A stretch of 63,917 nt of DNA, from assembly GCA_041619515.1 (NCBI GenBank), contig JBFKDW010000006.1, positions 1 to 63,917 of the forward strand, in the 5' to 3' direction. This document shows positions 26,637 to 37,146 of this stretch, one piece after another. Source of the DNA: Acidimicrobiia bacterium. Lineage in GTDB: Bacteria; Actinomycetota; Acidimicrobiia; Spongiisociales; SHLN01. The translations under genes and the position numbers were made by a program. Positions within the stretch are counted from its first letter, which is position 1; each line of letters begins with the position of its first letter. The notes beneath the pieces are model-generated. The model did not search any database. It saw only the letters and a program-made list of their open reading frames with translations, and was not told where the DNA came from.

Positions 26637-26998
26637 TGCTCGACCCGCATGACGGCGCGCGCCGACACCTCGACATCGAGGCCGCCGAACAACGACGCCG
26701 CAAACCGGTACGGGACCCGCACCCTGACCTCGGCCGGTGCTCCGACGCGGTGGGGCCGGTTGACACTGACCCGGGCACGGGCTGCCACCCCGTCGGGAAG
26801 TGCTGCCCGAGCTGCGGTGACGGCGCCGGCCGGGTCGACATCGGTCGCCGCCTGCCTCGCCCCCTCGCGGGCGGCGTGGGTGACCTCCAGCTGAAGCCGG
26901 GCCACCGAGACCAGCTCGACGGAGGCGACCAGCACCACCAGCACCAGCGGCACCACGATGGCAAACTCGGCCACCGAGGACCCCGAGTCGCTCCGCAT
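26633..26998 (-). CDS. tadE: TadE-like pseudopilin
   Basis: DSGSSVAEFAIVVP prepilin motif, AAREGAR. Confidence 0.85.
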   Translation of the reverse strand: MRSDSGSSVAEFAIVVPLVLVVLVASVELVSVARLQLEVTHAAREGARQAATDVDPAGAVTAARAALPDGVAARARVSVNRPHRVGAPAEVRVRVPYRFAASLFGGLDVEVSARAVMRVEQ

Positions 26999-27162
26999 CA
27001 GCTGCCGGCAATCCGCAGCACCCGGCGGGCCACCGTGTCGAAGATCTCCTCCAACACGCCCGTCGAGCTTGCCCACACGATGAGGGCAAGGGCTATGAGC
27101 GCCGCCGCCACGATCACGAGCGCGTACTCGGCGGTGGCCTGTCCAGAATCGCTGTGGAACAT
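26998..27162 (-). CDS. Flp/DUF4244-type major pilin (54 aa; not in the ORF track)
   Basis: MFHSDSGQATAEYALVIVAAALIALALIVWASSTGVLEEIFDTVARRVLRIAGS; RBS AAGGAG; G|xxxxEY Flp motif; TGATG coupling to tadE. Confidence 0.9.
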   Translation of the reverse strand: MFHSDSGQATAEYALVIVAAALIALALIVWASSTGVLEEIFDTVARRVLRIAGS

Positions 27163-27181
27163 GTTTCTCCTTTCAATGGTT

Positions 27182-27802
27182 TCAGCCGGTGAGCACGAAT
27201 CGCTCGAGTGCGGCCAAGACCGTTGGGCCGACGGTCAGCAGCACGAATCCGGGGAGGATGAGCAGAGCGAGGGGAAGCATCATGCGGACCGGCAGCCGTC
27301 TCGCAGCCTCGTGGCGCCGTGACCTGTGCTCGGCTACTGCCTCACGGACAAACGAGTCGACTGCCGGGGCGAGCGGCGCTCCCGTCACCACCGCCCGGGC
27401 GGTCATTGTGTACAACCTGCGGCCGTGCCCTTCGGCGGTGGACAGCGCCTGGGCGAGGCCGCCGGCAGCTGCTCGGCGAAGCAGCCCGTCGACCTCCCCC
27501 GCCAGTTCCGGGTGTACGTGACGGCGCGCTGCGCCAAGAGCCTGGGACAGGGTCAGTCCTGCCGACAATCCCAAGCCGACGACCTCAGCCAGCACCGTCA
27601 CGTCGGCGGAGATGTCGGTGCGATTGCTGCGCCGCTGCCGCAGGCGACTGTGGCCGGCCCAGATGCCAAGTGCCGGCATGGCGGCGACGGCCAGCATCGG
27701 CCGGACCACCAGCACGCCGACAGCCACCCCCCACGACACCCGCCGCCGAATCGGCGACAGGGCAACCGCCGACGCCGCCATCACCCCTGCCAGGAGACTC
27801 AC
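27182..27802 (-). CDS. tadC: TadC-like type II secretion F-domain protein
   Basis: LSAGLTLSQAL, AARRLPVRMMLPLALLILPGFVLL; GTGA overlap with tadB. Confidence 0.8.
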   Translation of the reverse strand: MSLLAGVMAASAVALSPIRRRVSWGVAVGVLVVRPMLAVAAMPALGIWAGHSRLRQRRSNRTDISADVTVLAEVVGLGLSAGLTLSQALGAARRHVHPELAGEVDGLLRRAAAGGLAQALSTAEGHGRRLYTMTARAVVTGAPLAPAVDSFVREAVAEHRSRRHEAARRLPVRMMLPLALLILPGFVLLTVGPTVLAALERFVLTG

Positions 27803-28464
27803 GAGTCGCGCACCATGAGCCACACGACCAACCCTCCCACCCCGACGAGGGCAACCCCGATGGTGCTGATGACCGCACCAGGGCCATCCAGGCCGGGCCC
27901 GCGTCCGGTGGCGGCGAATCCCAGGGTTGCCGCCACCGGAAGGCCGCCCACCAGCCAGGCCGAAAACCGGGCCTGCGCCGTGAGGACCCGCCGCTCACGC
28001 TCTATGTCACCGGCCGCTGATGCGCGCACCGCCAAGCCGGCAAACACGGCCGACGCCTCGGCTCCGGTATCGGCGACCATCTGATACGCCGCCGCAGTCA
28101 TGCGGCCGTTGTACGGGAGCGCACTCTCCAGTCGGGCGGCCACCTCGGCAGCCGGGCGGCCGGCCGCTGCCCGATGGACGGCTGCAGCCAGGTCGAGGGT
28201 GGGAGCGCGGTCGGCGGCGGCAGCCACTGCCTGGCGGATAGAGCTGCCGACCTGGACCTCCGCCGCCACCGCACGGAGAAAATCTGCTTCGTCGAACGGG
28301 AGCCGACGTCGCGCCAGGGTGCGGGCGTGAGCGTGATAGGCGGCCCAAGCCGCCGCCAGGGCCAGGAACGCCGGCGGCGACAGGAAGGCGAGCGCAATGA
28401 TCAGGGCGGCGGCCGGATGCGGGCCGAGCACCAGGCTGAGGGCGACGAGCACGGCCATCAGCAT
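27799..28464 (-). CDS. tadB: TadB-like type II secretion F-domain protein
   Basis: FLRAVAAEVQVGSS, TAQARFSAWLVGGLP; position directly after cpaF. Confidence 0.8.
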   Translation of the reverse strand: MLMAVLVALSLVLGPHPAAALIIALAFLSPPAFLALAAAWAAYHAHARTLARRRLPFDEADFLRAVAAEVQVGSSIRQAVAAAADRAPTLDLAAAVHRAAAGRPAAEVAARLESALPYNGRMTAAAYQMVADTGAEASAVFAGLAVRASAAGDIERERRVLTAQARFSAWLVGGLPVAATLGFAATGRGPGLDGPGAVISTIGVALVGVGGLVVWLMVRDS

Positions 28465-29519
28465 TGGTAGAGCTCTTGCAGGGTCTCCGGCGTCACCTCG
28501 CTGACGGCGGCAACCACCCGCCGACCCTCGTGGCGGGCCATGAGCACGACAAGGTCGATTCCATGACGGATCTGGCTGCGGATCGTCTCTGCCTGCACCC
28601 GTCGATCCCCAGAGGATGCCAGGGTCTCCAGCCTCCACAGTGCCTCCGCCTCGGAGGAGGCGTGGATCGTCCCCATCGACCCGTCGTGGCCGGTAGTCAT
28701 GGCCGCAATCAGATCGATGGCTTCCGGACCTCGCACTTCTCCGACGATGATCCGATCCGGGCGCAGGCGCAACGCGTGCCGCAGCAGCTCGTCCACGGTC
28801 ACGCGCCCAATCCCGTCACTGTTGGCCGGGCGACTCTCGAGGCGTACCGAATGGCCGCTGATCCTCAACTCGGCGGCGTCCTCGACGGTGACAACCCGTT
28901 GATCGGGAGGGATCTCCTTCGAGAGGATGTTCAGCACGGTGGTCTTGCCCGAGCCGGTGCCCCCCGTCACCACCAGGTTGGCCCGGTCCCTGACCGCATC
29001 TCGCAGCAAACGGGCACCTACCGGGCGGATGGCGCCCTGCTCGACGAGGGCTGCCAGGTCCGGAACCGCTTCGGTGAACCGTCGCACGGCCAGTGCGGGC
29101 CCGTCGACGGCGAGCGGCGGAATCACCGCGTGCAGCCGGGACCCGTCGGAGAGCCGTGCGTCGACTGCCGGCGAAGCGCGATCGAGACGCAGCCCGAGTG
29201 GAGCGATGACCCGTTCGACGGCTGCGGTGACGGCATCGCCGTCGGCGAACTGCACATCGGTCCGCTCCAGCCTCCCCGCTCGCTCCACCCAGACCTCGTC
29301 AAAGCGGTTCACCAACACATCCGAGATGGTGGGGTCGCGCAACAGCTCTTCGATCGGCCCCAGGCCGATGAGGCCATCGACGACTTGCGTGACGGTCTCA
29401 GGCCTCGCCAGCGGGGCCTCCACGGGCACGAGACGGCGTGCCGCGTGCTCGAGCACACGGCGGTCGAGCGGTATTCCGGCTTCGAGCAGCCGCTCGGCGA
29501 TGCGGTCGCTCACTCCCAT
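28458..29519 (-). CDS. tadA: TadA/CpaF pilus assembly ATPase
   Basis: GLGPIEELLRDPTISDVLVN, Walker A GGTGSGKT, LRLRPDRIIVGEVRG, TGHDGSMGTIHA. Confidence 0.95.
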   Translation of the reverse strand: MGVSDRIAERLLEAGIPLDRRVLEHAARRLVPVEAPLARPETVTQVVDGLIGLGPIEELLRDPTISDVLVNRFDEVWVERAGRLERTDVQFADGDAVTAAVERVIAPLGLRLDRASPAVDARLSDGSRLHAVIPPLAVDGPALAVRRFTEAVPDLAALVEQGAIRPVGARLLRDAVRDRANLVVTGGTGSGKTTVLNILSKEIPPDQRVVTVEDAAELRISGHSVRLESRPANSDGIGRVTVDELLRHALRLRPDRIIVGEVRGPEAIDLIAAMTTGHDGSMGTIHASSEAEALWRLETLASSGDRRVQAETIRSQIRHGIDLVVLMARHEGRRVVAAVSEVTPETLQELYQC

Positions 29520-30073
29520 GTTCCCTCCCAGGCTGCTTTCCAGGCCCGCACCCAGCGGCTGCGGAGGGGGATGCTTCCTGCCAGGAGCGCTGCGGCTGCG
29601 GCCCGGCCGATGACTGGCAGGCGGGGGCCCGGGGCCGGGATGTGGAAGCCCAGATCTTGGAAGATCGCCCGCCCCTCGCCGTCGGTCGGAAAGAGGCCGC
29701 CGGGGACCAGCGGATAGGCGATGATGTCCGGCTGCCGATGGGCGGGCGCCGAGGCGGGCAGTCGCAGCACCATCGCCGGCCATCCGGCGGCCAGGGCGTC
29801 AAGTACTTCGGCGGCGGCCTCCGGCCCGACACCCCCATTGCGAAGCACTGCCAGACCCGATCGCTTCGGGCTGAGATCGAAACGGCGGGGCCCCTCGGAC
29901 ACAAGGGACGCCAGCGATCCGGTTCCCGGATAGCGCGGGCCGTGTGGATCGAGATCGACGACCAGCGCGGTGCCGGCCGCCGCCCCCAAGCCGAGCGGGG
30001 CGAGGGCACCGAGCACACCGTCCTCCGGGGATCGAATGGCGAGAACGGCCACGGCACCTCGGAAATGTTTCAC
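29510..30073 (-). CDS. Degenerate Ssd/CpaE(TadZ)/MinD-like protein
   Basis: Sits where ssd normally lies, upstream of cpaF. ALVVDLDP motif present; no recognisable Walker A. Start uncertain. Confidence 0.55.
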   Translation of the reverse strand: MKHFRGAVAVLAIRSPEDGVLGALAPLGLGAAAGTALVVDLDPHGPRYPGTGSLASLVSEGPRRFDLSPKRSGLAVLRNGGVGPEAAAEVLDALAAGWPAMVLRLPASAPAHRQPDIIAYPLVPGGLFPTDGEGRAIFQDLGFHIPAPGPRLPVIGRAAAAALLAGSIPLRSRWVRAWKAAWEGTWE

Positions 30074-30226
30074 GGAACGTGCCAGAACCAGACGCCGAAA
30101 TCAAGACACTCCTCAGCCGTCGCCTCGAGTCAGCCGCCTCGAACCGCCGCCAACCCATGGTCGCCCATTCGCCGGCTTGGCCGACGGGATATCAGCGGCC
30201 GGCAGGGGAGCCGGCGGCCATGATCG

Positions 30227-30994
30227 TCAGACGCCGGCACGAGCGCGCGGCTCGAGCACGTACAGGGTCTGATGCGATCGGGTGATTCCTATCAGCATTC
30301 GCATCCAGCGCCTCCGGCCGGTGCGCACCACCTCTGAGCCCACCACGGCAAGGCCCGCGTCGTCGTAGAGCCTCAGCAATCGTTTCTCCGATGCGAACAG
30401 CACTCCCACGCCCGCCGTGTTTGCCCCGCCATGGCGGACGAGGGGAGCCAGCAGTCGGCTGCGGGTCAGGTAGTAGATGACGCGCGAGGCGAGCCCGGGA
30501 AAGACCGGCGATTCGTGAATCTGCTCGACGACCACGACCCGGCCCGTGGAGGTCAGGCGACGTGAGGCCTCCCCGAGCACCCGCTGCTGGAGAGCCCGGG
30601 ATGCGGCAGCAGTCGTTCCGAGGCAATGGTGCAGCACGACGTTGAACAAGATCAGGTCGTACTGCTCCCCAGCCGGAAGCAGGCTCTCCAGATGCAGGAG
30701 ATCACCCTGGAGCGTTGTCTTCCTGGGGTGTGGAACGTTGGCGTCGACCATCTCCCCGGCCAGCTCGACGAGCGTGCCGCGGGCTCGTGGCAGCGCCTCC
30801 AGGCACCCGTCCAGGATCCGGCCGTCACCCCCACCAAGATCGACGAGCGCCAGCGGTCGATCAGGATCCTCCACAGCTGCACATATCCGCTCGACGAGCA
30901 ATCGAGCGAACTCGAGTCGCGGCTCGGTGCTCCCTCTCTTGAAGATCTGCAGCTGTGCCCTGTCGAGTTGACGCCTGCTCTGCCTCATCCTCAT
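30227..30994 (-). CDS. Class I SAM-dependent methyltransferase
   Basis: LVDLGGGDG, YDLILFNVVLHH, GRVVVVE. Confidence 0.85.
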   Translation of the reverse strand: MRMRQSRRQLDRAQLQIFKRGSTEPRLEFARLLVERICAAVEDPDRPLALVDLGGGDGRILDGCLEALPRARGTLVELAGEMVDANVPHPRKTTLQGDLLHLESLLPAGEQYDLILFNVVLHHCLGTTAAASRALQQRVLGEASRRLTSTGRVVVVEQIHESPVFPGLASRVIYYLTRSRLLAPLVRHGGANTAGVGVLFASEKRLLRLYDDAGLAVVGSEVVRTGRRRWMRMLIGITRSHQTLYVLEPRARAGV

Positions 30995-31108
30995 GTGCCG
31001 CCTTCTGCTCCACGCTCCGGACGCCCTGCTGAGACGCCGACCACTACCCGTGAGCGTAGTGGCAATATGTGAACGCGTTCGCAATCAGCAGGCGGCGTGT
31101 GCCGCCTC

Positions 31109-32242
31109 TCAGCCGTGCTCCTGGATGACGCGGTACAGCACGACGAGGGCCACCACATTGAGAGCGGCGGCCAGGCCGGCGTTGGCGGCGATCCCGAATG
31201 CGGCAAAGATTGGATTGCCGACCAGGGCACCGGCCGCCCGGGCGATTGCCATGGACGCCTGGATGAGCCCCAGATATCTGCTGCGGGCGCCGGGCTGGAC
31301 CTCGCTGGCAAACGGGAGGGCCGAAACGATCGTGATTTCGAAACCTATGAACGCGATGGCGGTCGCCGCCAGTCCGCCGGCAATCGAGCTGCCGAACAAG
31401 CCAATCGACATGAACCCGGCGATGGCCAGCACCACTCCGGTCATGACCGCGTTGCGCTTGCCGAGCCGATCGGCGAACACGAGGGTGAGGGACTCACCGG
31501 TCAGCTCGGAGAATCCCACCACCGCTGCAAATGCACCAAGCTCGATTACCGAGAGGCCGAACTCCCCCTCGAGCCATGAGCCCAGCACGACGAAGACGAG
31601 CTCGGCAGCAGCGGTGAACAGAACGAAGACGAGGAGCAGCGCCCTGGCGCCGCGGTCGAGCGCCGGTGTCGACGCCCTCTCATCTCGTGACCGACCCGAG
31701 CCTTCGAGGATACGAAAACCGAGGCCGAGGGCGAGGACGGCGAGCCCGGCGATCAACCAGAACGGTGCCTCCCAGCCCGACCGGTCGATGAGCCAGCCGG
31801 TGACGGGCGCACCCACCAGCAAGCCACCTGCCCATGTCAGCTCGAGCACCGACATGACCCGGGCCCGTCTCTCGTACGGTGTGCGATCGGCCAAGTAAGT
31901 CATGGCCCCCACATCGAACGCAGGCTTGGCCACCCCCATCAGGACGAAGCCGGCAAAGGCGCCCCAGAAGGCACCGGTTGCCGATGTGATGGCCGCCCCG
32001 AGCGAGAACAAGCCGAGAGCGAGGCCAATCAGGGCACGGGTGCTGCGCCGTTCGGCCAGTACCACCACCGGGGTGGCCGCCCCCGCCAGGTTCCTGGCCG
32101 AAACCAGTGCACCGGCCCGATCGAGCGAGATCCCGAGGCCCCGGCTGATGGCAGGCAGAAACGGGTAGACGAGGCGGTAGCCGGTGTTGAGGACGAGCCG
32201 AGCGCCGGCCAGGAAGCCGAGCGGGAGGGCCAGCCGCCTCAA
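31109..32242 (-). CDS. MFS transporter
   Basis: 12-TM pattern, ADRLGKR loop motif. Confidence 0.9.
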   Translation of the reverse strand: MRRLALPLGFLAGARLVLNTGYRLVYPFLPAISRGLGISLDRAGALVSARNLAGAATPVVVLAERRSTRALIGLALGLFSLGAAITSATGAFWGAFAGFVLMGVAKPAFDVGAMTYLADRTPYERRARVMSVLELTWAGGLLVGAPVTGWLIDRSGWEAPFWLIAGLAVLALGLGFRILEGSGRSRDERASTPALDRGARALLLVFVLFTAAAELVFVVLGSWLEGEFGLSVIELGAFAAVVGFSELTGESLTLVFADRLGKRNAVMTGVVLAIAGFMSIGLFGSSIAGGLAATAIAFIGFEITIVSALPFASEVQPGARSRYLGLIQASMAIARAAGALVGNPIFAAFGIAANAGLAAALNVVALVVLYRVIQEHG

Positions 32243-33060
32243 CGACCGCGCGGAACGAACGCGTGCGCGAAGTTTTCGTCGTTGAAATAGCCCCCCGGCA
32301 CCGAGCCGGAGCTGGCGTAGTGGTAGAGAGCGGTCTGGAAGATGGCGTTGAGCGCCGCCAGGACCACGCTCACCCCGACGATTCCCACCACGCCGACGAC
32401 AACCCCGACGGCGGCAAGCGCCTGCGAACCACTCGCCATAGCGCCTACCGCAAGCAGGATGAACGGCAAGCTGACCAGGAAACCGAGCAGGCCAAATCCG
32501 ACCTGGGCGGCCACGTTCTCACCCCAGGTCCGCTTGAAGAGGGTGGCCGAGCGGCTGACGGCGTCCCGCACTCCCACGTCCTCGACCACGAACACCGGGA
32601 TGACCAGAAAGGTGACGAGCGTCCACGCCAGTCCAACGATGCCGATCACGATCTGGCCGAGTATGCCCGCCCGCTCCTGCAATGACTTGAGGATGACCGA
32701 GACGGTGGCGCTGATGGCGGCCCAGACGAAGATCTGGGGAATGTGCCTGGCAGCACCACTCAGAGCGCTCCCGATAGTGGGGTCGCCCCCGCTGAGGCGC
32801 TCATTGGCGGCGTACACGAGTGCCGTGTTGAAGAAGATGGTGACGAACGCCATGGCCAGGTACAGCACCGCGAGGAGAACATATTCGACCGTGCCCACCG
32901 ATTCGGTGCCCCGCAGGAAGCCGGCCGGGATCAGGAAGGTGAGTGCTACCACGATGCTGGCCACCCCGGAGAGCAGCGGGAGGACGGCGAGCTCCTTGTC
33001 CGCCTTGAGGACGCTCCAGGAAGCCTTGGCGAGCTCGATGGTGGTGGCGATGCGACCCAT
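32239..33060 (-). CDS. Conserved membrane protein (DUF6159-like)
   Basis: LAKASWSVLKADKEL, FVTIFFNTAL, RSATLFKRTWGE, IFQTALY. Confidence 0.7.
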   Translation of the reverse strand: MGRIATTIELAKASWSVLKADKELAVLPLLSGVASIVVALTFLIPAGFLRGTESVGTVEYVLLAVLYLAMAFVTIFFNTALVYAANERLSGGDPTIGSALSGAARHIPQIFVWAAISATVSVILKSLQERAGILGQIVIGIVGLAWTLVTFLVIPVFVVEDVGVRDAVSRSATLFKRTWGENVAAQVGFGLLGFLVSLPFILLAVGAMASGSQALAAVGVVVGVVGIVGVSVVLAALNAIFQTALYHYASSGSVPGGYFNDENFAHAFVPRGR

Positions 33061-33140
33061 TGCCGGCTGAGGCTAGTAGGTGAGGCTCCCGGACGACACC
33101 CACGTGCCGCCGTCTAGTTGAATGAGTCTGTGGAAACACA

Positions 33141-34304
33141 GTGAGAATCGTCTACCACAACTCGTCGATCACGAACCCGGATCGCTGGGCCGGGGAGCGA
33201 GCCCGTCAGCTCGCAGAGGCGCTCAACCGGACCGGTGTCGAGATACGCACCCACCCGCCGGTGCCGGCGGCACCCCGGCGTGGGCTGACTCGCGCCGGGG
33301 CAGCCCGCAGCTGGCTGCAAGCGCACACGCCGTCACGGTGGCTGAATGCAGTGATCCGCCTGCGCTTGCTCCAGCGGGGAACCATCAACACCGTGCGTTG
33401 GAGCTGGCGCCTATGGAGAGACCTGCGAGCCTCACCTCCCGACGTGGTGCTCAGTCGATACCACGAATACGAGTGGACACCACTCATCGTGGCATGGCTG
33501 TTACGCCGCCCGCTCGTCCTCGAGGTCCATGCCCCGTTCGGCCTGGAGGCAACGCTGCGGGGCCAGCGGCCCTCCCGGCTCGCCGGGTGGATGGACCGGA
33601 CGTTCTTCCGCAGGTCGGACCTCATCTGGGTCCACACTCCCGAGCTCGGGGCCATCGTGGCCGGCTCGGTGGCCGATCCCGGCAAGATCCGACTCATCCC
33701 CTTTGGAGTAGCCGACCCCAATGTCCTCGCCACCCCGGGAGCCCCGGTTGAACGGGTCGAGTTCTGTTTCGTGGGGAGCTTCTATCAGTGGCACGGTCTC
33801 GAGGACCTCCTCACCGCATTCAGCCGGGCGCGTCTCCGGGTGCCGGGCATCCACCTGACGCTGGCCGGCGACGGCGTCACACGGGCAGAGAGCCAGGCCC
33901 GGGCCGCCTCGTTCGGGCTGGGCGACGCGGTTGCGTTTCCCGGCTGGCTGGACCGCCGGGCGGTCTATAGCCTCCTGCAGCACTCCCACGTTGGGGTCGC
34001 CCCCTACCGCCGGGCCCGCTACAACTACTTCGAGCCGGTCAAGATCCTCGACTACCAAATGGCCGGCCTGCCGGTGGTGGCGTCGGCGGTGGGGCACATA
34101 CCCGAGATGGTCGACGATGGAGTCGACGGGGTCCTGGTGCCCCCCGGCGATGTCGAAGCGCTCACCGAGGCGCTGGTCAGGCTGGCGGCCGACCCCGAAC
34201 TGCGCCGGGACATGGGCCGGGCTGCCAGGCGGTCTGCCCAGCGGGTCGACGAGACTGCGGAGGCAGTGGTGAAGGTCTGCCGTGAGGCGGCCGCCATCCG
34301 GTAA
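33141..34304 (+). CDS. Glycosyltransferase family 4
   Basis: FVGSFYQWHGLE, PVKILDYQMAGLPVVAS, GVLVPPGD. Confidence 0.9.
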   Translation: MRIVYHNSSITNPDRWAGERARQLAEALNRTGVEIRTHPPVPAAPRRGLTRAGAARSWLQAHTPSRWLNAVIRLRLLQRGTINTVRWSWRLWRDLRASPPDVVLSRYHEYEWTPLIVAWLLRRPLVLEVHAPFGLEATLRGQRPSRLAGWMDRTFFRRSDLIWVHTPELGAIVAGSVADPGKIRLIPFGVADPNVLATPGAPVERVEFCFVGSFYQWHGLEDLLTAFSRARLRVPGIHLTLAGDGVTRAESQARAASFGLGDAVAFPGWLDRRAVYSLLQHSHVGVAPYRRARYNYFEPVKILDYQMAGLPVVASAVGHIPEMVDDGVDGVLVPPGDVEALTEALVRLAADPELRRDMGRAARRSAQRVDETAEAVVKVCREAAAIR

Positions 34305-34335
34305 CGGTTGGTGAGCGGAGTCGTAGAATTCCCGC

Positions 34336-35127
34336 ATGACACGGGCAGCGGCCTTTTTCGACCTCGACAAGACCATCATCGCCAAGTCGTCCACCCTGGC
34401 ATTTCGCCGCCACATGTACCGGGCCGGGCTCCTCAATCGCCGCACCCTGCTGCGCATGGCGGTTGCCCAGTTCTTCTACGTCCTGTTCGGGGCCGACCAC
34501 AGCCAGATGGAACGCGTCAGGGAAGCGCTGATGGCTCTCATCAAGGGATGGGACAGCCATCAACTCGAGGACATCGTGGCCGAGACGCTGGAGGACGTGG
34601 TGGCGCCGCTCGTGTATGCGGAGGCCCTGTTTCTCATCGACGAGCATCATCGGGAGGGGCGCCAGGTCATCATCGTCTCCTCCAGCCCAATCGAGATCGT
34701 CAAGCCCCTGGCCGGCTATCTCGGGGTCGACGACGTCATCGCCACCCGGGCGGCTACCGACGAGGATGGCCGCTACACGGGTGAGCTGGAGTACTACGCC
34801 TACGGGCCCACCAAAGCCGAGGCCCTGCGCGAGCTTGCTGCCGAGGGCCTCGATCTGGAGGCCAGCTACGCCTACACGGACAGCCACACCGACCTTCCCC
34901 TGCTGGAGGCGGTCGGCCATCCGGTAGCCGTGAACCCCGATCGGGAGCTACGGCGCACCGCTGAGGAACGCTCGTGGCCGATCCGCGAATTCCACCTGGC
35001 AGTGGACCTGCGCACTCGCCTCGCCGAGATGCCCAAACCCGATCCGGTCGTATCGGGAGCGGCGGTTGCAGCGGCGATTGGGGCGGCGGTGGCCGTCGTC
35101 TTGCTGCGAGCCAGGAAGAAGGGCTAG
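34336..35127 (+). CDS. HAD-IB hydrolase (Rv3661-like)
   Basis: AAFFDLDKTIIAKSS, AYTDSHTDLPLLEAVGHPVAVNPD, C-terminal TM helix. Confidence 0.92.
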   Translation: MTRAAAFFDLDKTIIAKSSTLAFRRHMYRAGLLNRRTLLRMAVAQFFYVLFGADHSQMERVREALMALIKGWDSHQLEDIVAETLEDVVAPLVYAEALFLIDEHHREGRQVIIVSSSPIEIVKPLAGYLGVDDVIATRAATDEDGRYTGELEYYAYGPTKAEALRELAAEGLDLEASYAYTDSHTDLPLLEAVGHPVAVNPDRELRRTAEERSWPIREFHLAVDLRTRLAEMPKPDPVVSGAAVAAAIGAAVAVVLLRARKKG

Positions 35128-35156
35128 CCCGGCGAAGCGGGCGTCTCGAGCGGGTG

Positions 35157-35690
35157 CTAGCTGCCCCCTTCGGTTTCGTCGACGACGGTTGCCGTTCCCG
35201 ACGTGTCGACGAGCCGGTGTCGGGTTGGTTTCGCCCTCGGCCATACCCAGTACACCAGCAGGCCGGCGCCGGCGAGTGCACCGGCACCCAATGCCAGCCA
35301 TCCCCACTTGCTCGTACTCGTCGAGGTCCCCCGGGTCCCGTAGGTCGTCTGCAGCCGGTCGGCCGGGATGCCGAGATCGATGAGCGAAACCGTCTTCGAC
35401 ACTTGGAATTCGCCCGGCCGGCCTGCCTCGAAGTGGATGGCCCGGTTGAAGGGAAGGATGGTGAAGGTGCCGACGTAGTCCCCCGAGCCATCTGCGCCGA
35501 GAGAGAAGGTCTCCTGGCCGTCCGGGTTGAGAACGTGCACCACGACGTAGTCGGCGCCGAACCCCGGGTCGACTCGCACCCGTACCGTCACGCCGATATA
35601 CGCCCCTTCGTCGACTGCGGTGGCGCTCGCTTCGGAAAACGGCGGGCTAAGCGTGACGGCGGCAACAATGGCCAGCAACGAGGCGATCAT
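35157..35690 (-). CDS. Hypothetical exported protein with C-terminal membrane anchor
   Basis: N-terminal hydrophobic stretch, beta-rich core, C-terminal TM helix followed by basic residues. Confidence 0.65.
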   Translation of the reverse strand: MIASLLAIVAAVTLSPPFSEASATAVDEGAYIGVTVRVRVDPGFGADYVVVHVLNPDGQETFSLGADGSGDYVGTFTILPFNRAIHFEAGRPGEFQVSKTVSLIDLGIPADRLQTTYGTRGTSTSTSKWGWLALGAGALAGAGLLVYWVWPRAKPTRHRLVDTSGTATVVDETEGGS

Positions 35691-35742
35691 GGGGCGACGT
35701 TAGCCTCCGGTTTCCCGTTGTCGGGCGACTACCGTAGCGGCC

Positions 35743-37146
35743 ATGGCACGAACCCTGTTCGAGAAGATCTGGGCCGATCACGTGGTCCGCAGCTCGCCGG
35801 GCGAGCCCGACCTGCTCTACATCGACCTGCACCTCGTCCACGAGGTGACGTCGCCTCAGGCGTTCGAGGGCCTGCGGGCCACCGGCCGGCGAGTGCGACG
35901 GCCCGAGCTCACCCTCGCCACCATCGATCACGGCGTCCCCACCATCGGCCGCGAGCACGGCATCACCGACCCGCTCTCCCGCCAGCAGATCGAGACGCTC
36001 GTCGCCAACTGCCGGGAGCACGGCATCACGCTGTTCGGGCTCGAGGACCCCCGCCAGGGGATCGTCCACATCATCGGGCCCGAGCAGGGAATCACTCAGC
36101 CGGGCATGACCATTGTGTGCGGCGACAGCCACACCTCCACTCATGGCGCATTCGGTGCCCTCGCCTTCGGCATCGGCACCTCGGAGGTCGAGCACGTGCT
36201 CGCCACCCAAACCCTCCCCCAGAGCCGGCCGAAGGCCATGGCCGTGAACGTCGCGGGGCAGCTGCCCCCCTGGTCGACGGCCAAAGACATCATCCTCGCC
36301 ATCATCAGTCACATCGGGGTGAGCGGCGGCACGGGCCATGTCATCGAATACCGGGGCGACACGATCGCCGACCTTTCGATGGAGGGCCGCATGACGATCT
36401 GCAACATGTCGATCGAGGGTGGCGCCAGGGCCGGCCTCATCGCCCCGGATGACACCACCTTCTCCTACCTGAAGGGCCGGCCGCACGCTCCGGGCGGGGA
36501 CGCCTGGGATGCGGCGCTCGAGTACTGGCGAACCCTTCCCACAGACCCGCAGGCGGTGTTCGACTGGGAGGTGAGCCTGGCGGCCGGTGAGATACCGCCC
36601 TATGTGAGCTGGGGAACCAACCCGGCTCAATCCGCACCGGTGGACGGCGCCGTGCCCGCCCCCGGCGATTTCAGCGATCCGTCCGAGCAGGAGCACACGG
36701 CTCATGCGCTGCGGTACATGCAGCTGGAGCCCCACATCCCGATTACCGACATCACCATCGATCGGGTGTTTCTCGGCTCGTGCACGAACGGACGGATCGA
36801 AGATCTCCGGGCGGCGGCGGCCATCCTGGCAGGCAAGAAGATCCATCCGGATGTGCACGCAATGGTGGTTCCCGGGTCCGGGCTGGTGAAACTGCAGGCC
36901 GAGTCGGAGGGTCTCGACGAGGTCTTCGTTCAGGCAGGCTTCGAATGGCGGGATGCCGGATGCTCGATGTGCCTCGGCATGAACCCCGACATCCTCCAAC
37001 CCGGCGAACGCTGCGCTTCGACCTCAAATCGGAACTTCGAGGGGAGACAGGGAAGGGGTGGGCTCACCCACCTCGTCAGCCCGGCGATGGCAGCGGCAGC
37101 CGCCGTCGCCGGCCGTTTCGTCGACGTTCGAGAGTGGACCGACTGA
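35743..37146 (+). CDS. leuC: 3-isopropylmalate dehydratase large subunit
   Basis: [55 protein letters not shown]. Confidence 0.98.
   Translation: MARTLFEKIWADHVVRSSPGEPDLLYIDLHLVHEVTSPQAFEGLRATGRRVRRPELTLATIDHGVPTIGREHGITDPLSRQQIETLVANCREHGITLFGLEDPRQGIVHIIGPEQGITQPGMTIVCGDSHTSTHGAFGALAFGIGTSEVEHVLATQTLPQSRPKAMAVNVAGQLPPWSTAKDIILAIISHIGVSGGTGHVIEYRGDTIADLSMEGRMTICNMSIEGGARAGLIAPDDTTFSYLKGRPHAPGGDAWDAALEYWRTLPTDPQAVFDWEVSLAAGEIPPYVSWGTNPAQSAPVDGAVPAPGDFSDPSEQEHTAHALRYMQLEPHIPITDITIDRVFLGSCTNGRIEDLRAAAAILAGKKIHPDVHAMVVPGSGLVKLQAESEGLDEVFVQAGFEWRDAGCSMCLGMNPDILQPGERCASTSNRNFEGRQGRGGLTHLVSPAMAAAAAVAGRFVDVREWTD

Noticed and set aside
30066..30080. parS-like TGTTTCACGGAAC
   Set aside because: Only one half matches the 16-bp palindrome TGTTTCACGTGAAACA, and the spacing is wrong.
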